Shown one piece after another: positions 47,303 through 55,551 of a DNA stretch of 64,000 bases (position 1 is the first letter of the stretch; each line of letters starts with the position of its first letter). The DNA comes from an uncultured Lachnospiraceae bacterium (GTDB lineage Bacteria; Bacillota; Clostridia; Lachnospirales; Lachnospiraceae), in NCBI GenBank assembly GCA_946411695.1, contig CAMKEX010000002.1, forward strand, positions 6,141-70,140, written 5' to 3'. A program made the position numbers and the translations under genes. The notes beneath the pieces were generated by a model, which ran no database searches, was not told where the DNA came from, and saw only the letters and a list, made by a program, of their open reading frames with translations.

Positions 47303-48085
47303 TCAGGCTCGTCTGAGTCTGGGCACGGCGGCCATCAGCGCCCTGGTATAGGGCATGCCGGGGGCGTGAAGGATCTGCTGCGTCTCTCCGTATTCCACGG
47401 TTTTGCCGTCCTTGAGGACCAGGACCCGGTCCGCCATGGCGCCGACCACACCGATGTTGTGGGTCACAAGGATGATCGATGTGCCGAAGGTGCGCCTCAT
47501 CATCAGCAGCTCCTCTACGACCTGTTTCTGAACATACACGTCCAGCGCGGAAGTAGGTTCGTCTGCCAGGATCACGGCAGGGCCAAGGAGCATGGAGGCA
47601 GCGATTGCGACACGCTGCTGCATACCGCCGGAGAGTTCAAAGGGATAGCTGCCGAGAATGCGGGAACCGTCGTCAAACCCGATCTTTTGAAGCAGGTCCA
47701 CTGCTTTTTTTTCAAAGACATCTTTTGCCATCGGTTCGTGGGCGATGACGCTCTCATAAAGCTGGACACCGACTTTGCGGATGGGGCAGAAGGAGCTTCC
47801 CGCATTCTGGAAGATCATGCCCAGCTCGGGACCATTGACCTTGCGGCGGTCCTTTTCGGACAAATCGGGAAGATTATATCCTTTATAGATAATATCTCCC
47901 CTTGTGACAGTCCCGGCAGGGCCCAGAAGTCCCATGGCCGCCCGGATCAGGGAGGATTTGCCGGAGCCGCTTTCGCCCACGATGCCAAGGATATCGCCCT
48001 CCTGCAGCGCGAAGCTGACATCTTTGACGGCGGGGAAGCCGTTGTAGCTGATACCTACATGTTCATATCGAAGGATTTCTGCCAT
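47303..48085 (-). CDS. Nickel/peptide ABC ATPase (NikD/DppD-like)
   Basis: GESGSGKS, 'YPFELSGGMQQR', 'ADEPTSALD'. Confidence 0.93.
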   Translation of the reverse strand: MAEILRYEHVGISYNGFPAVKDVSFALQEGDILGIVGESGSGKSSLIRAAMGLLGPAGTVTRGDIIYKGYNLPDLSEKDRRKVNGPELGMIFQNAGSSFCPIRKVGVQLYESVIAHEPMAKDVFEKKAVDLLQKIGFDDGSRILGSYPFELSGGMQQRVAIAASMLLGPAVILADEPTSALDVYVQKQVVEELLMMRRTFGTSIILVTHNIGVVGAMADRVLVLKDGKTVEYGETQQILHAPGMPYTRALMAAVPRLRRA

Positions 48086-48115
48086 TTATGTATCACCTCT
48101 GTGCCTGCCGGCCCA

Positions 48116-48994
48116 TTACTGCCGGCTTCTGGGATCGGCATAATCGCGGATCGTGTCGCCCAGAAGATTGAAGATCATGACGGAAAGGAAAATCGCCAGT
48201 CCGGGAGCGAAGGTGATCCAGGGACTTGTGGTCATGAGTCCGCGGGCATCGCTCATCATACTGCCCCATTCCGCGATCGGGGGCCTGGCTCCCAGTCCAA
48301 GGAAACTTAGGGCGGAGAGCTCCATCATCATCGTGCCGATATCGAGCATGGCGGTGACAAGGATCGGACCCAGGATATTGGGGAACAGATGGCGGCAGAG
48401 GATCTGCCAGGTGCTGCAGCCGGCGAGCCTGGCGGCTTTCAGGTAGGCAGATTCTTTCTGCGCCAGCGTCTGGCTGCGCGCGATCCGGGCGTATTTGGGC
48501 CATGAGATCAGCGCGAGTGCGATGACGGCATTGTGAAGGCCGCCGCCCAGAACGCCGGCTACCGCCATGGCAAAAACAAGTCCGGGAAAGGCCAGAAAGA
48601 TGTCGGAAATACGCATGAGGATGGTGTCCGCCCGCTTTCCGTTCCAGCCGCAGAACACACCGATCAGTGTGCCCGCAGCGGCGATGACAGCGACCAGAAG
48701 GAGGGTGGAAAAGATGCTGGCGCGGCTTCCCGCGATGACGCGGGAGAGCATGTCGCGGCCGTAGCGGTCTGTTCCCAGAAGGTGCGCCGCTGACGGCGCC
48801 GCCTTTGCATTGGAAAGATCCTGTAGATAAGGGTCATAGGGCGCGAGCTGCTCGCTGAAAAGGGAGCCCAGCAGCAGAAGCAGGGCGAGAAGGCTGAAAA
48901 AAATCAGCCTCGTCCGGACAGTATTTTTCCTTATTTTCTGGGGACGGACTGTCGGATGGTCTGTCTTACGGGGGTCTGTCGACATTCGGTTCAT
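48116..48994 (-). CDS. Nickel/peptide ABC permease (NikC/DppC-like)
   Basis: 'HLLGTDRYGRDMLSR', 'RISDIFLAFP', 'WPKYARIAR', 'LSFLGLG'; ATG 48994 overlaps the upstream stop. Confidence 0.92.
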   Translation of the reverse strand: MNRMSTDPRKTDHPTVRPQKIRKNTVRTRLIFFSLLALLLLLGSLFSEQLAPYDPYLQDLSNAKAAPSAAHLLGTDRYGRDMLSRVIAGSRASIFSTLLLVAVIAAAGTLIGVFCGWNGKRADTILMRISDIFLAFPGLVFAMAVAGVLGGGLHNAVIALALISWPKYARIARSQTLAQKESAYLKAARLAGCSTWQILCRHLFPNILGPILVTAMLDIGTMMMELSALSFLGLGARPPIAEWGSMMSDARGLMTTSPWITFAPGLAIFLSVMIFNLLGDTIRDYADPRSRQ

Positions 48995-49932
48995 TCGCTG
49001 CTCACCCCCAGTCTGATGCGGGGATCGAGCAGGTGGTAGAGCAGATCGGTCACGAGATTGACCAGTACGTAGATGACCGCCATCCAGACGACATAGGCCT
49101 GGATCAGGGGATAATCCCGCATGGTGATCGCGTCGACGGCCATTTTGCCTACGCCGTCCCACATGAAAATGCTCTCGATGATCGCGGTGCCTCCCAGAAG
49201 ATTTCCGATGGAAAGCGCAAGGAGTGTGATAATGGTGAGCATAGAGGAGCGGACCACGCTCTTCCAGAGGATGACTTTGCTGCTGACGCCGCGCGCTGCT
49301 GCCCCGGCCACATAATCCTTGTGCAGCTCTTCGAGGACCGCGGCGCGGACCTGCCGCATGTATTTGGAGGACATGGCAATGGCCAGTGTCAGAGTCGGCA
49401 TCACAGCGCCCCGCAGAGTGATGCCGTTTGAGATGACGGGAAGCCATTTCATACGGATCGCCAGAATCTGCATCAGAAGCAGGGCGACAAAAAAGTTGGG
49501 AAGGGAATTGCCGATAAAGCTCAGAAAACGCAGAAGATAATCCGTGATCCGGTCATGCCGCACGGCAGCAAGGATCCCCAGCGGCACGGAAATCACGAGG
49601 GTTGCCGCGATTGACAATGCCGTCAGCAGCAGAGTCGCCGGCAGTTTTGATGTAAAGGTGTCAAAAACGTCCAGGCCGGAGACATAGCTTTTTCCCATAT
49701 CCCCTCTCACCATACCGCCCAGCCAGGTGACATATTGTTTGAAAAAGGGCTGGTCCAGACCAAGTTCGGCTCTTTTTGCGTCTATGATTTCCTGAGAGAC
49801 AGCTCCTCTGTCTCCGTACAGCTCTGTGATTGCGTCGCTTCCTGCCACACGCATCATGGCAAAGGACAGAAAGGTGATTCCGATCAGTACCGGAATGAGC
49901 TGCAAGAGCCTCTGTATGATATATTTCCGCAA
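48991..49932 (-). CDS. Nickel/peptide ABC permease (NikB/DppB-like)
   Basis: TTG start after GGGAG giving 'RKYIIQRLLQLIPVLIG'; 'GLDQP...QY..W', 'RDYPLIQ'. Confidence 0.92.
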   Translation of the reverse strand: MRKYIIQRLLQLIPVLIGITFLSFAMMRVAGSDAITELYGDRGAVSQEIIDAKRAELGLDQPFFKQYVTWLGGMVRGDMGKSYVSGLDVFDTFTSKLPATLLLTALSIAATLVISVPLGILAAVRHDRITDYLLRFLSFIGNSLPNFFVALLLMQILAIRMKWLPVISNGITLRGAVMPTLTLAIAMSSKYMRQVRAAVLEELHKDYVAGAAARGVSSKVILWKSVVRSSMLTIITLLALSIGNLLGGTAIIESIFMWDGVGKMAVDAITMRDYPLIQAYVVWMAVIYVLVNLVTDLLYHLLDPRIRLGVSSE

Positions 49933-50093
49933 GGTATTCTCCCTGTTTTTCAGTAGATATTTTTTGCTCATGCGCACGCTTCAGCTGCCATTCCCGGAGT
50001 TCCTGCAGACACGGGTCCGGGAATGGTACTATTGGCTTTTTATCATATTATATGGAGCTGCCAACTTCAGCGGAAGCCCCAAGGGGGGATGGG

Positions 50094-50185
50094 GTATCCG
50101 GCTCCGTACAAACAGGGGAGTGCGTGACTATGGAGATGATATCGAAGAGATCGAGTATCCGGCCCCGTACAGGCAGGGGAGTGCG
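50094..50185. repeat. Two 31-bp direct repeats separated by 30 bp
   Basis: GTATCCGGC(T/C)CCGTACA(AA/GG)CAGGGGAGTGCG at 50094-50124 and 50155-50185 (28/31 identical). Confidence 0.85.
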
Positions 50186-50428
50186 CGGAAATATCAAGGA
50201 AAATCTACGGGTTTCAGGAGGACCTTCACAGATGTCCAGACACTCTGACGATACCATTTATATCCCCCCCGGTGGCTTGTGAATGTCCTGACCGGGATGT
50301 TACGTTAAAAGAAGCAGACCACATCATCTCAAAAACGAAGCGTCTGCGAGTCTGCCGGCATGGCGGATTGCAGGAGCACCGAAGCCGCAACAGCTCGATC
50401 GTTAGTTTTTTTACGAGGAGGACCGTAC

Positions 50429-51214
50429 ATGCGCGGGCATCTTTCATCGATTCTCTTGGAAAATAAAAGATACTGGACGGGAAGATCCACCGGTTATGCA
50501 GAGCTCAACCTCAATGAACTTGCAGCGGCACCCAGGCATGACAGGTGGAAAGAGTGTCTTCGTGCGGAGATCATCAGGAAGTTCCCGGGAAGAGACCTGA
50601 AGAGCCTGTATGCTTTGGACATCGGCACCGGTCCCGGCTTTTTGGCCATACTGCTGTGCGAACTGGGACTGCAGGTCACAGCTGTGGATCTGACACCGGC
50701 TATGCTGGAGAAGGCAGAAAAGAATGCGGGAGAAATGGCCTGCAGGATCACATTTCTGGAGATGAATGCTGAACAGCTGGAATTTGCAGATGATACGTTT
50801 GATGTCATTGTCAGCCGCAATCTCACCTGGAATCTGCCCCATCCCGAACAGGCTTATTCTGAGTGGACACGTGTACTCAGGCCGGAGGGACTTCTCCTCA
50901 ATTTTGATGCCAACTGGTATTATTATCTCTTTGATGAAGAGGCACTGGAAGGATACATGGCAGACCGCGAGAACAGCGCCAGGGAAGGAATCCGGGACGC
51001 CAACATCGGTGAAAACTTTGATGTGATGGAAGAGATCGCAAGACGGATTCCGATCTCGGGGATCCGGCGGCCCGGCTGGGATCTGGACATCCTCGGGCGG
51101 CTGGGGATGCACGTTGAGGCGGATGAAAATGTCGGGGACAGAGTCTGGTCCAGAGAAGAGAAGATCAATTTTGCTTCTACCCCCATGTTTATGATCAGAG
51201 CCGGTGCCTACTGA
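50429..51214 (+). CDS. Class I SAM-dependent methyltransferase
   Basis: Motif I 'ALDIGTGPG', 'VTAVDLT', 'MNAEQL.F.DDTFDVIVSRN', 'RVLRPEG'; GAGGAGG RBS. Confidence 0.92.
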   Translation: MRGHLSSILLENKRYWTGRSTGYAELNLNELAAAPRHDRWKECLRAEIIRKFPGRDLKSLYALDIGTGPGFLAILLCELGLQVTAVDLTPAMLEKAEKNAGEMACRITFLEMNAEQLEFADDTFDVIVSRNLTWNLPHPEQAYSEWTRVLRPEGLLLNFDANWYYYLFDEEALEGYMADRENSAREGIRDANIGENFDVMEEIARRIPISGIRRPGWDLDILGRLGMHVEADENVGDRVWSREEKINFASTPMFMIRAGAY

Positions 51215-51652
51215 CTGAATGCTGCGACAGCAGCATTTCCTTCGGAGCCTGCTAAAAAGAGAAGCGTCTGCGGGCCTGTCGGTATGGCGGATTGTGTCCG
51301 GCCGATGCTGCAGCAGTTTAGAACAATCAGAATCTATAATAAGATGGCAGAAAAACCCGGGTAACGTTCCCGGGGTTTCTGTTATGATGACACGGCCCGC
51401 GAAATGCTTTTTCCGCCTGGCGGCGGACGCGGGCCGGTAGGGGGCAGAGGGCGCAAATGAACCGCATCGCAGTTCATTGCCGTCTCTGCCCTGTTTTCAT
51501 CTTATCTAAAACGGCGCTGTCCGCAAGCCGATGATCACAGTCCCTGCAGAACGGGAAAGCATGCGGGAAGCTGTCTTTTTTACCGAAAAATTGCGCATGC
51601 ATGCTATAATAGATGTTGGTGAAAATGATCTTTATTTCTTTTTGGAGTAGAA

Positions 51653-52162
51653 ATGTACGATACTGCGGATGATAAAAAAGACCTTTTTGTATATAGAGGC
51701 GGAGACAGTGAGGACCGGGAGCAGTCGGATCCTTCCCTTCATCATGGCGCGGATGGGCAGGAAGATGAATATGGACAGACGCACAGCCATATAGATGAGA
51801 ACGGCAATGTGTACACGCACAGTCACGGCGGTGAACATGAGCATGCGCACGGGGATGCGCATATTCATTCACATGGCGGACACGGTCATCATCATGTACA
51901 CAGTGTGAAGGAAAAGAAGGCGGTTCTCAACAGGCTCTCCCGGGCCATCGGCCATCTGGAATCTGTCAGGAGGATGGTGGAGCGGGACGAGGACTGCAGT
52001 GACGTGCTGATCCAGCTTTCCGCAGTCCGCAACGCCATCAACAATACCGGCAAAGTGATCATGAAAAATCATATCAGCCACTGTATCGTAGAGGCGATCG
52101 AGCAGGATGATCTGGAAGCGGTGGAAGCTCTGAACCACGCGATCGATCATTTCATCAAGTGA
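51653..52162 (+). CDS. CsoR/RcnR-family metal-sensing repressor with His-rich N-terminal extension
   Basis: 'VLNRLSRAIGHLESVRRMVE..EDCSDVLIQLSAVR...KNHISHC'; poly-His segment upstream. Confidence 0.88.
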   Translation: MYDTADDKKDLFVYRGGDSEDREQSDPSLHHGADGQEDEYGQTHSHIDENGNVYTHSHGGEHEHAHGDAHIHSHGGHGHHHVHSVKEKKAVLNRLSRAIGHLESVRRMVERDEDCSDVLIQLSAVRNAINNTGKVIMKNHISHCIVEAIEQDDLEAVEALNHAIDHFIK

Positions 52163-52224
52163 CTGACGGGACGATGGAGGCTGCCGCTTTGAACGGCGCT
52201 TTATCCATAGGCCGATCGGCTCGC

Positions 52225-52328
52225 ACAGCCAATGGAGCTCACGCAGCCAATGGAGCTTGCGCAGCCAATGGAGCTCGCGCAGCCAATGGAGCTCGCGCAG
52301 CCAATGGAGCTCACGCAGCCATTGGAAC
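52225..52328. repeat. 18-bp tandem repeat, 5 full copies plus a partial
   Basis: Unit GCAGCCAATGGAGCTCGC (with variants) starts at 52225, 52243, 52261, 52279, 52297 and (partial) 52315. Confidence 0.95.
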
Positions 52329-52340
52329 TGAGGTATACAT

Positions 52341-53108
52341 ATGGAAGACAGATTTTCCAGGAGCAGGATGCTGCTGGGGGAAGCGGCAATGAATAAGCTT
52401 GCGGCGTCCAGGGTCGCCGTCTTCGGCGTCGGCGGCGTAGGGGGCTACGTTGTGGAGGCTCTGGCCAGAAGCGGAGTTGGAGAGATCGACCTGATCGACA
52501 ATGACGAGGTGGCGCTCTCGAACCTGAACCGCCAGATCATCGCGACCATGGATACGATCGGCAGGGACAAGGTCGATGTCATGGCGGAGCGCATTCTGTC
52601 CATCAATCCGGATGCCGTGGTACACAGACATAAATGCTTCTACCTTCCGGAGACAGCCGGACAGTTTGACTTTTCCGCCTATGACTATGTGGTGGACGCC
52701 ATTGACACGGTGACGGGCAAGATCCAGCTGATCCTGCAGGCCAAGGAGGCAGGCGTGCCCGTCATCAGCGCCATGGGCGCGGGTAATAAACTTGATCCCT
52801 CTGCCTTCGAAGTGGCGGATATTTATGAGACTTCCATAGATCCTCTGGCGCGGGTCATGCGCCGGGAATTGAAAAAGCGTGGTGTGAAGAGCCTGAAGGT
52901 CGTATATTCCAGGGAGAAACCTCTGCAGCCGGCAGGAGCCGGTGAAAAACAGACCGCAGGAGCCGGTGAAAGGGAGGAAGAGTCCCGTCCGCGCCGGTCG
53001 ACACCGGGAAGTCTCCCCTTCGTGCCCTCTGTGGCAGGGCTCATCATTGCAGGCGAAGTGATCATGGACCTGTGCGAAGCTGGGGGCGGTATCCGCCGGG
53101 ATGTATAA
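52341..53108 (+). CDS. tcdA: tRNA threonylcarbamoyladenosine dehydratase (ThiF/E1-like)
   Basis: 'VAVFGVGGVGG', 'LIDND.V..SNLNRQ', 'YVVDAID', 'SAMGAGNKLDP', 'DPLARVMR'. Confidence 0.82.
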   Translation: MEDRFSRSRMLLGEAAMNKLAASRVAVFGVGGVGGYVVEALARSGVGEIDLIDNDEVALSNLNRQIIATMDTIGRDKVDVMAERILSINPDAVVHRHKCFYLPETAGQFDFSAYDYVVDAIDTVTGKIQLILQAKEAGVPVISAMGAGNKLDPSAFEVADIYETSIDPLARVMRRELKKRGVKSLKVVYSREKPLQPAGAGEKQTAGAGEREEESRPRRSTPGSLPFVPSVAGLIIAGEVIMDLCEAGGGIRRDV

Positions 53109-53180
53109 AGATCCGGAGGGACTTTTTTCGCAGATGCGGCAGAGCCCGGGATGACAGTGGAGGACGGCCGGGGAAGAACT

Positions 53181-54578
53181 ATGAAAAACCGGAGTATTAT
53201 TCAAAACAGCATAATCTCTGATATGTCGGAAGGTGTCATGGCCATTCGGTTTGACGGCATGATCGAGCTTGTCAACGATGCTGCGGTGGAAATTCTGGAA
53301 CGGGAGAGAGAGGAACTGGAGAACAGGAAGTTTGCCAGCTGTTTTTTTGCGGAGGAGGAGAATGACCCCTTCACGGAATGTGTTCTGGATGTCATCTATA
53401 TGAAGGGCAAGCGGCAGGAGAGATATGTGCCCTATTATACAGGGCGGGGGCGGAAGCAGCTGCGTATTGTATCCTCCTATCTCAAAGAAGAGGATGAGCC
53501 TGTGGGCGTGATCCTGGTCATCAGCGATATCACGGAACTGACCCAGATGCGGGACGCTGTCATGGCCATGGAAAAGATCAGGAAGCTCAATGAGAGTCTG
53601 GCATTGCGCAACCGGGTGCTGCAGGAGACCTTCGGACGGTATCTGTCCGATGATATTGTCAGGGAGATCCTCGAGTCTCCGGACGGCTGGAAGCTGGGCG
53701 GGCAAAAGCGCACGCTGACCATCATGATGAGTGATCTCAGGGGCTTTACCATGCTCTGCGAAAGGATGCAGCCCCAGGATCTGATCGCCATGGTCAATCA
53801 CTATTTTTCCGAGATGTACGAGGAAATCAGCCGCTTCAACGGAACCCTGATCGAGTTCCTCGGAGATGGTATGTTTGTGATCTTCGGCGCTCCTGTGGCC
53901 ACAGATACCCACGCCTCGGACGCGGTGGCGGCTGCGGTCGGCATGCAGAGCAGGATGAAGGCCGTCAACGAGTGGAACGCGGAGCGGGGGTTCGAACCCC
54001 TGTCGATGGGGATCGGCATCAACACGGATGCCGTGATCCTGGGCAACATCGGTTCCGAGCGCCGCACCAAATACGGCGTCATGGGGGCTGCTGTCAATCT
54101 GGCGGGAAGGATCGAATCCTACACGACAGAAGGTCAGATCCTGATCTCCACGGCGACCCGCGCCATGATCCGGGAGGATCTGGAGGTCGATTTCACACTC
54201 GATATAAGCCCCAAGGGAGTACAGGAAACGACCAGGGTTTACGGGGTGTCGGGGATCGGTGCTCCCTATGATCTGCACCTGGAGAAAAAAACAGAGCAGC
54301 TGAGACAACTGCCGGTTCCGGCTGCCGCAGACATTTACTTCCTGGACGGAAAGCATGTGTCCGGCGAAAAAAGGAAGGGGATGATCCTGGCGGTCTCAGA
54401 CAATGAGCTGGTCCTGCAGACGGAGGAGGAACTTTCCGTCTATGAGAATCTGAAGATCGACATAGGCGATGGTCTCTATGCCAAAATAACACAGAAGGAA
54501 AATGACCTGTTCACTCTCCGCCTGACGGCAAAACCCGCCTGTTTTGACGCCTGGATGGAGAAGGTTATTTGCGTATGA
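53181..54578 (+). CDS. PAS-domain class III nucleotidyl cyclase with guanylyl-cyclase-type specificity residues
   Basis: N-terminal PAS-like segment, signalling helix, 'TIMMSDLRGFT', 'IEFLGD', 'GIGINT', 'KYGVMGAAVNLAGRIES'; no TM helix. Confidence 0.9.
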   Translation: MKNRSIIQNSIISDMSEGVMAIRFDGMIELVNDAAVEILEREREELENRKFASCFFAEEENDPFTECVLDVIYMKGKRQERYVPYYTGRGRKQLRIVSSYLKEEDEPVGVILVISDITELTQMRDAVMAMEKIRKLNESLALRNRVLQETFGRYLSDDIVREILESPDGWKLGGQKRTLTIMMSDLRGFTMLCERMQPQDLIAMVNHYFSEMYEEISRFNGTLIEFLGDGMFVIFGAPVATDTHASDAVAAAVGMQSRMKAVNEWNAERGFEPLSMGIGINTDAVILGNIGSERRTKYGVMGAAVNLAGRIESYTTEGQILISTATRAMIREDLEVDFTLDISPKGVQETTRVYGVSGIGAPYDLHLEKKTEQLRQLPVPAAADIYFLDGKHVSGEKRKGMILAVSDNELVLQTEEELSVYENLKIDIGDGLYAKITQKENDLFTLRLTAKPACFDAWMEKVICV

Positions 54579-54609
54579 TATGATTTGCATCAGTGATAAA
54601 AACAGGTAA

Positions 54610-55461
54610 TTGAAAAAGATGACTACGAAACCGGTTTATATAGATACCTGTCTGTTCGGGAGTTCTTCACTGTCCCGGGTCAGGGACTATTCCAGAGTTT
54701 ACGGAGATAAAATAGGATTTGAGATTCTGGCCATGTTTGATCTGCGCGATTATGAAAAGGCGCTGAGAGACAATCTCGATGTCCTGCAAAAGCACAGGAT
54801 CTCCTTCCACGGACCGGTCTATTGTGTGGAGCATTCCGCAGCGAGGGGAACAGCTGAATATGAGGAGTCCATGCGGCATGTCCGCCTGACTTATCAGTAC
54901 GCACAGATCCTGAGAAGTTCCTATTTTGTCATGCATCTGAACAACTGCCGCGTCGATCCGGCCGCCAAAGAGCAGATGCTGTACAACGCAAAGGAAAATT
55001 ACAGGGAACTCCTGGAGCTTTTCGGAAGGATCGACTGCCGGGTGCTGATCGAAAACACGGGGACGATCCTGCAGAAAAACATGCTGCTGGACCAGAGGGA
55101 ATTTACAGATTTCTGCCGTGATATGCGGTGCGGCGTGCTAATAGATATCGGACACGCAAATGCCAATGGCTGGGATCTCTTTAAGCTGATCAAAGATCTG
55201 CGGCGGCAGATCCGCGCCTACCATCTGCACAACAACGACGGCATGAATGACCAGCACCGGCGCCTGCACGACGGGACCATTGATTTCACTCCCCTGCTGG
55301 AGAAGATCCTGACAGATACGCCGGATGCGGATCTCATCATCGAATACACCCGCAGGACTATGGACGGCCCCGGTCTTCAAGAGGATATACAAGAGGTGCT
55401 TGATGCCAGAGAACGCCGGCAGGGCAGCTGCAATTCAACAAAACAGATTTACAAAAAATAA
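54610..55461 (+). CDS. AP endonuclease 2 / xylose isomerase-like TIM-barrel metalloenzyme
   Basis: 'FHGP', 'VMH', 'LIEN', 'DIGH', 'YHLHNN', 'DQH', 'IIEY' metal-ligand pattern. Confidence 0.8.
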   Translation: MKKMTTKPVYIDTCLFGSSSLSRVRDYSRVYGDKIGFEILAMFDLRDYEKALRDNLDVLQKHRISFHGPVYCVEHSAARGTAEYEESMRHVRLTYQYAQILRSSYFVMHLNNCRVDPAAKEQMLYNAKENYRELLELFGRIDCRVLIENTGTILQKNMLLDQREFTDFCRDMRCGVLIDIGHANANGWDLFKLIKDLRRQIRAYHLHNNDGMNDQHRRLHDGTIDFTPLLEKILTDTPDADLIIEYTRRTMDGPGLQEDIQEVLDARERRQGSCNSTKQIYKK

Positions 55462-55551
55462 ATAAACTGTTTGCAGTATATAGTATAATATGTCTGTGAG
55501 CGTATAAAAATTACCACAATTGTAAAAACCGTTAATGAGAGGAGTAAAAAC

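Noticed and set aside
49980-50420. Cobalamin or NiCo riboswitch upstream of the ABC operon or methyltransferase
   Set aside because: No B12-box or CTGA.CAGGC...GGGCC core found; only a partial GCAACAG match and one 11-bp hairpin (49988-50026).
52225-52328. CRISPR array
   Set aside because: Contiguous 18-bp units without spacers.
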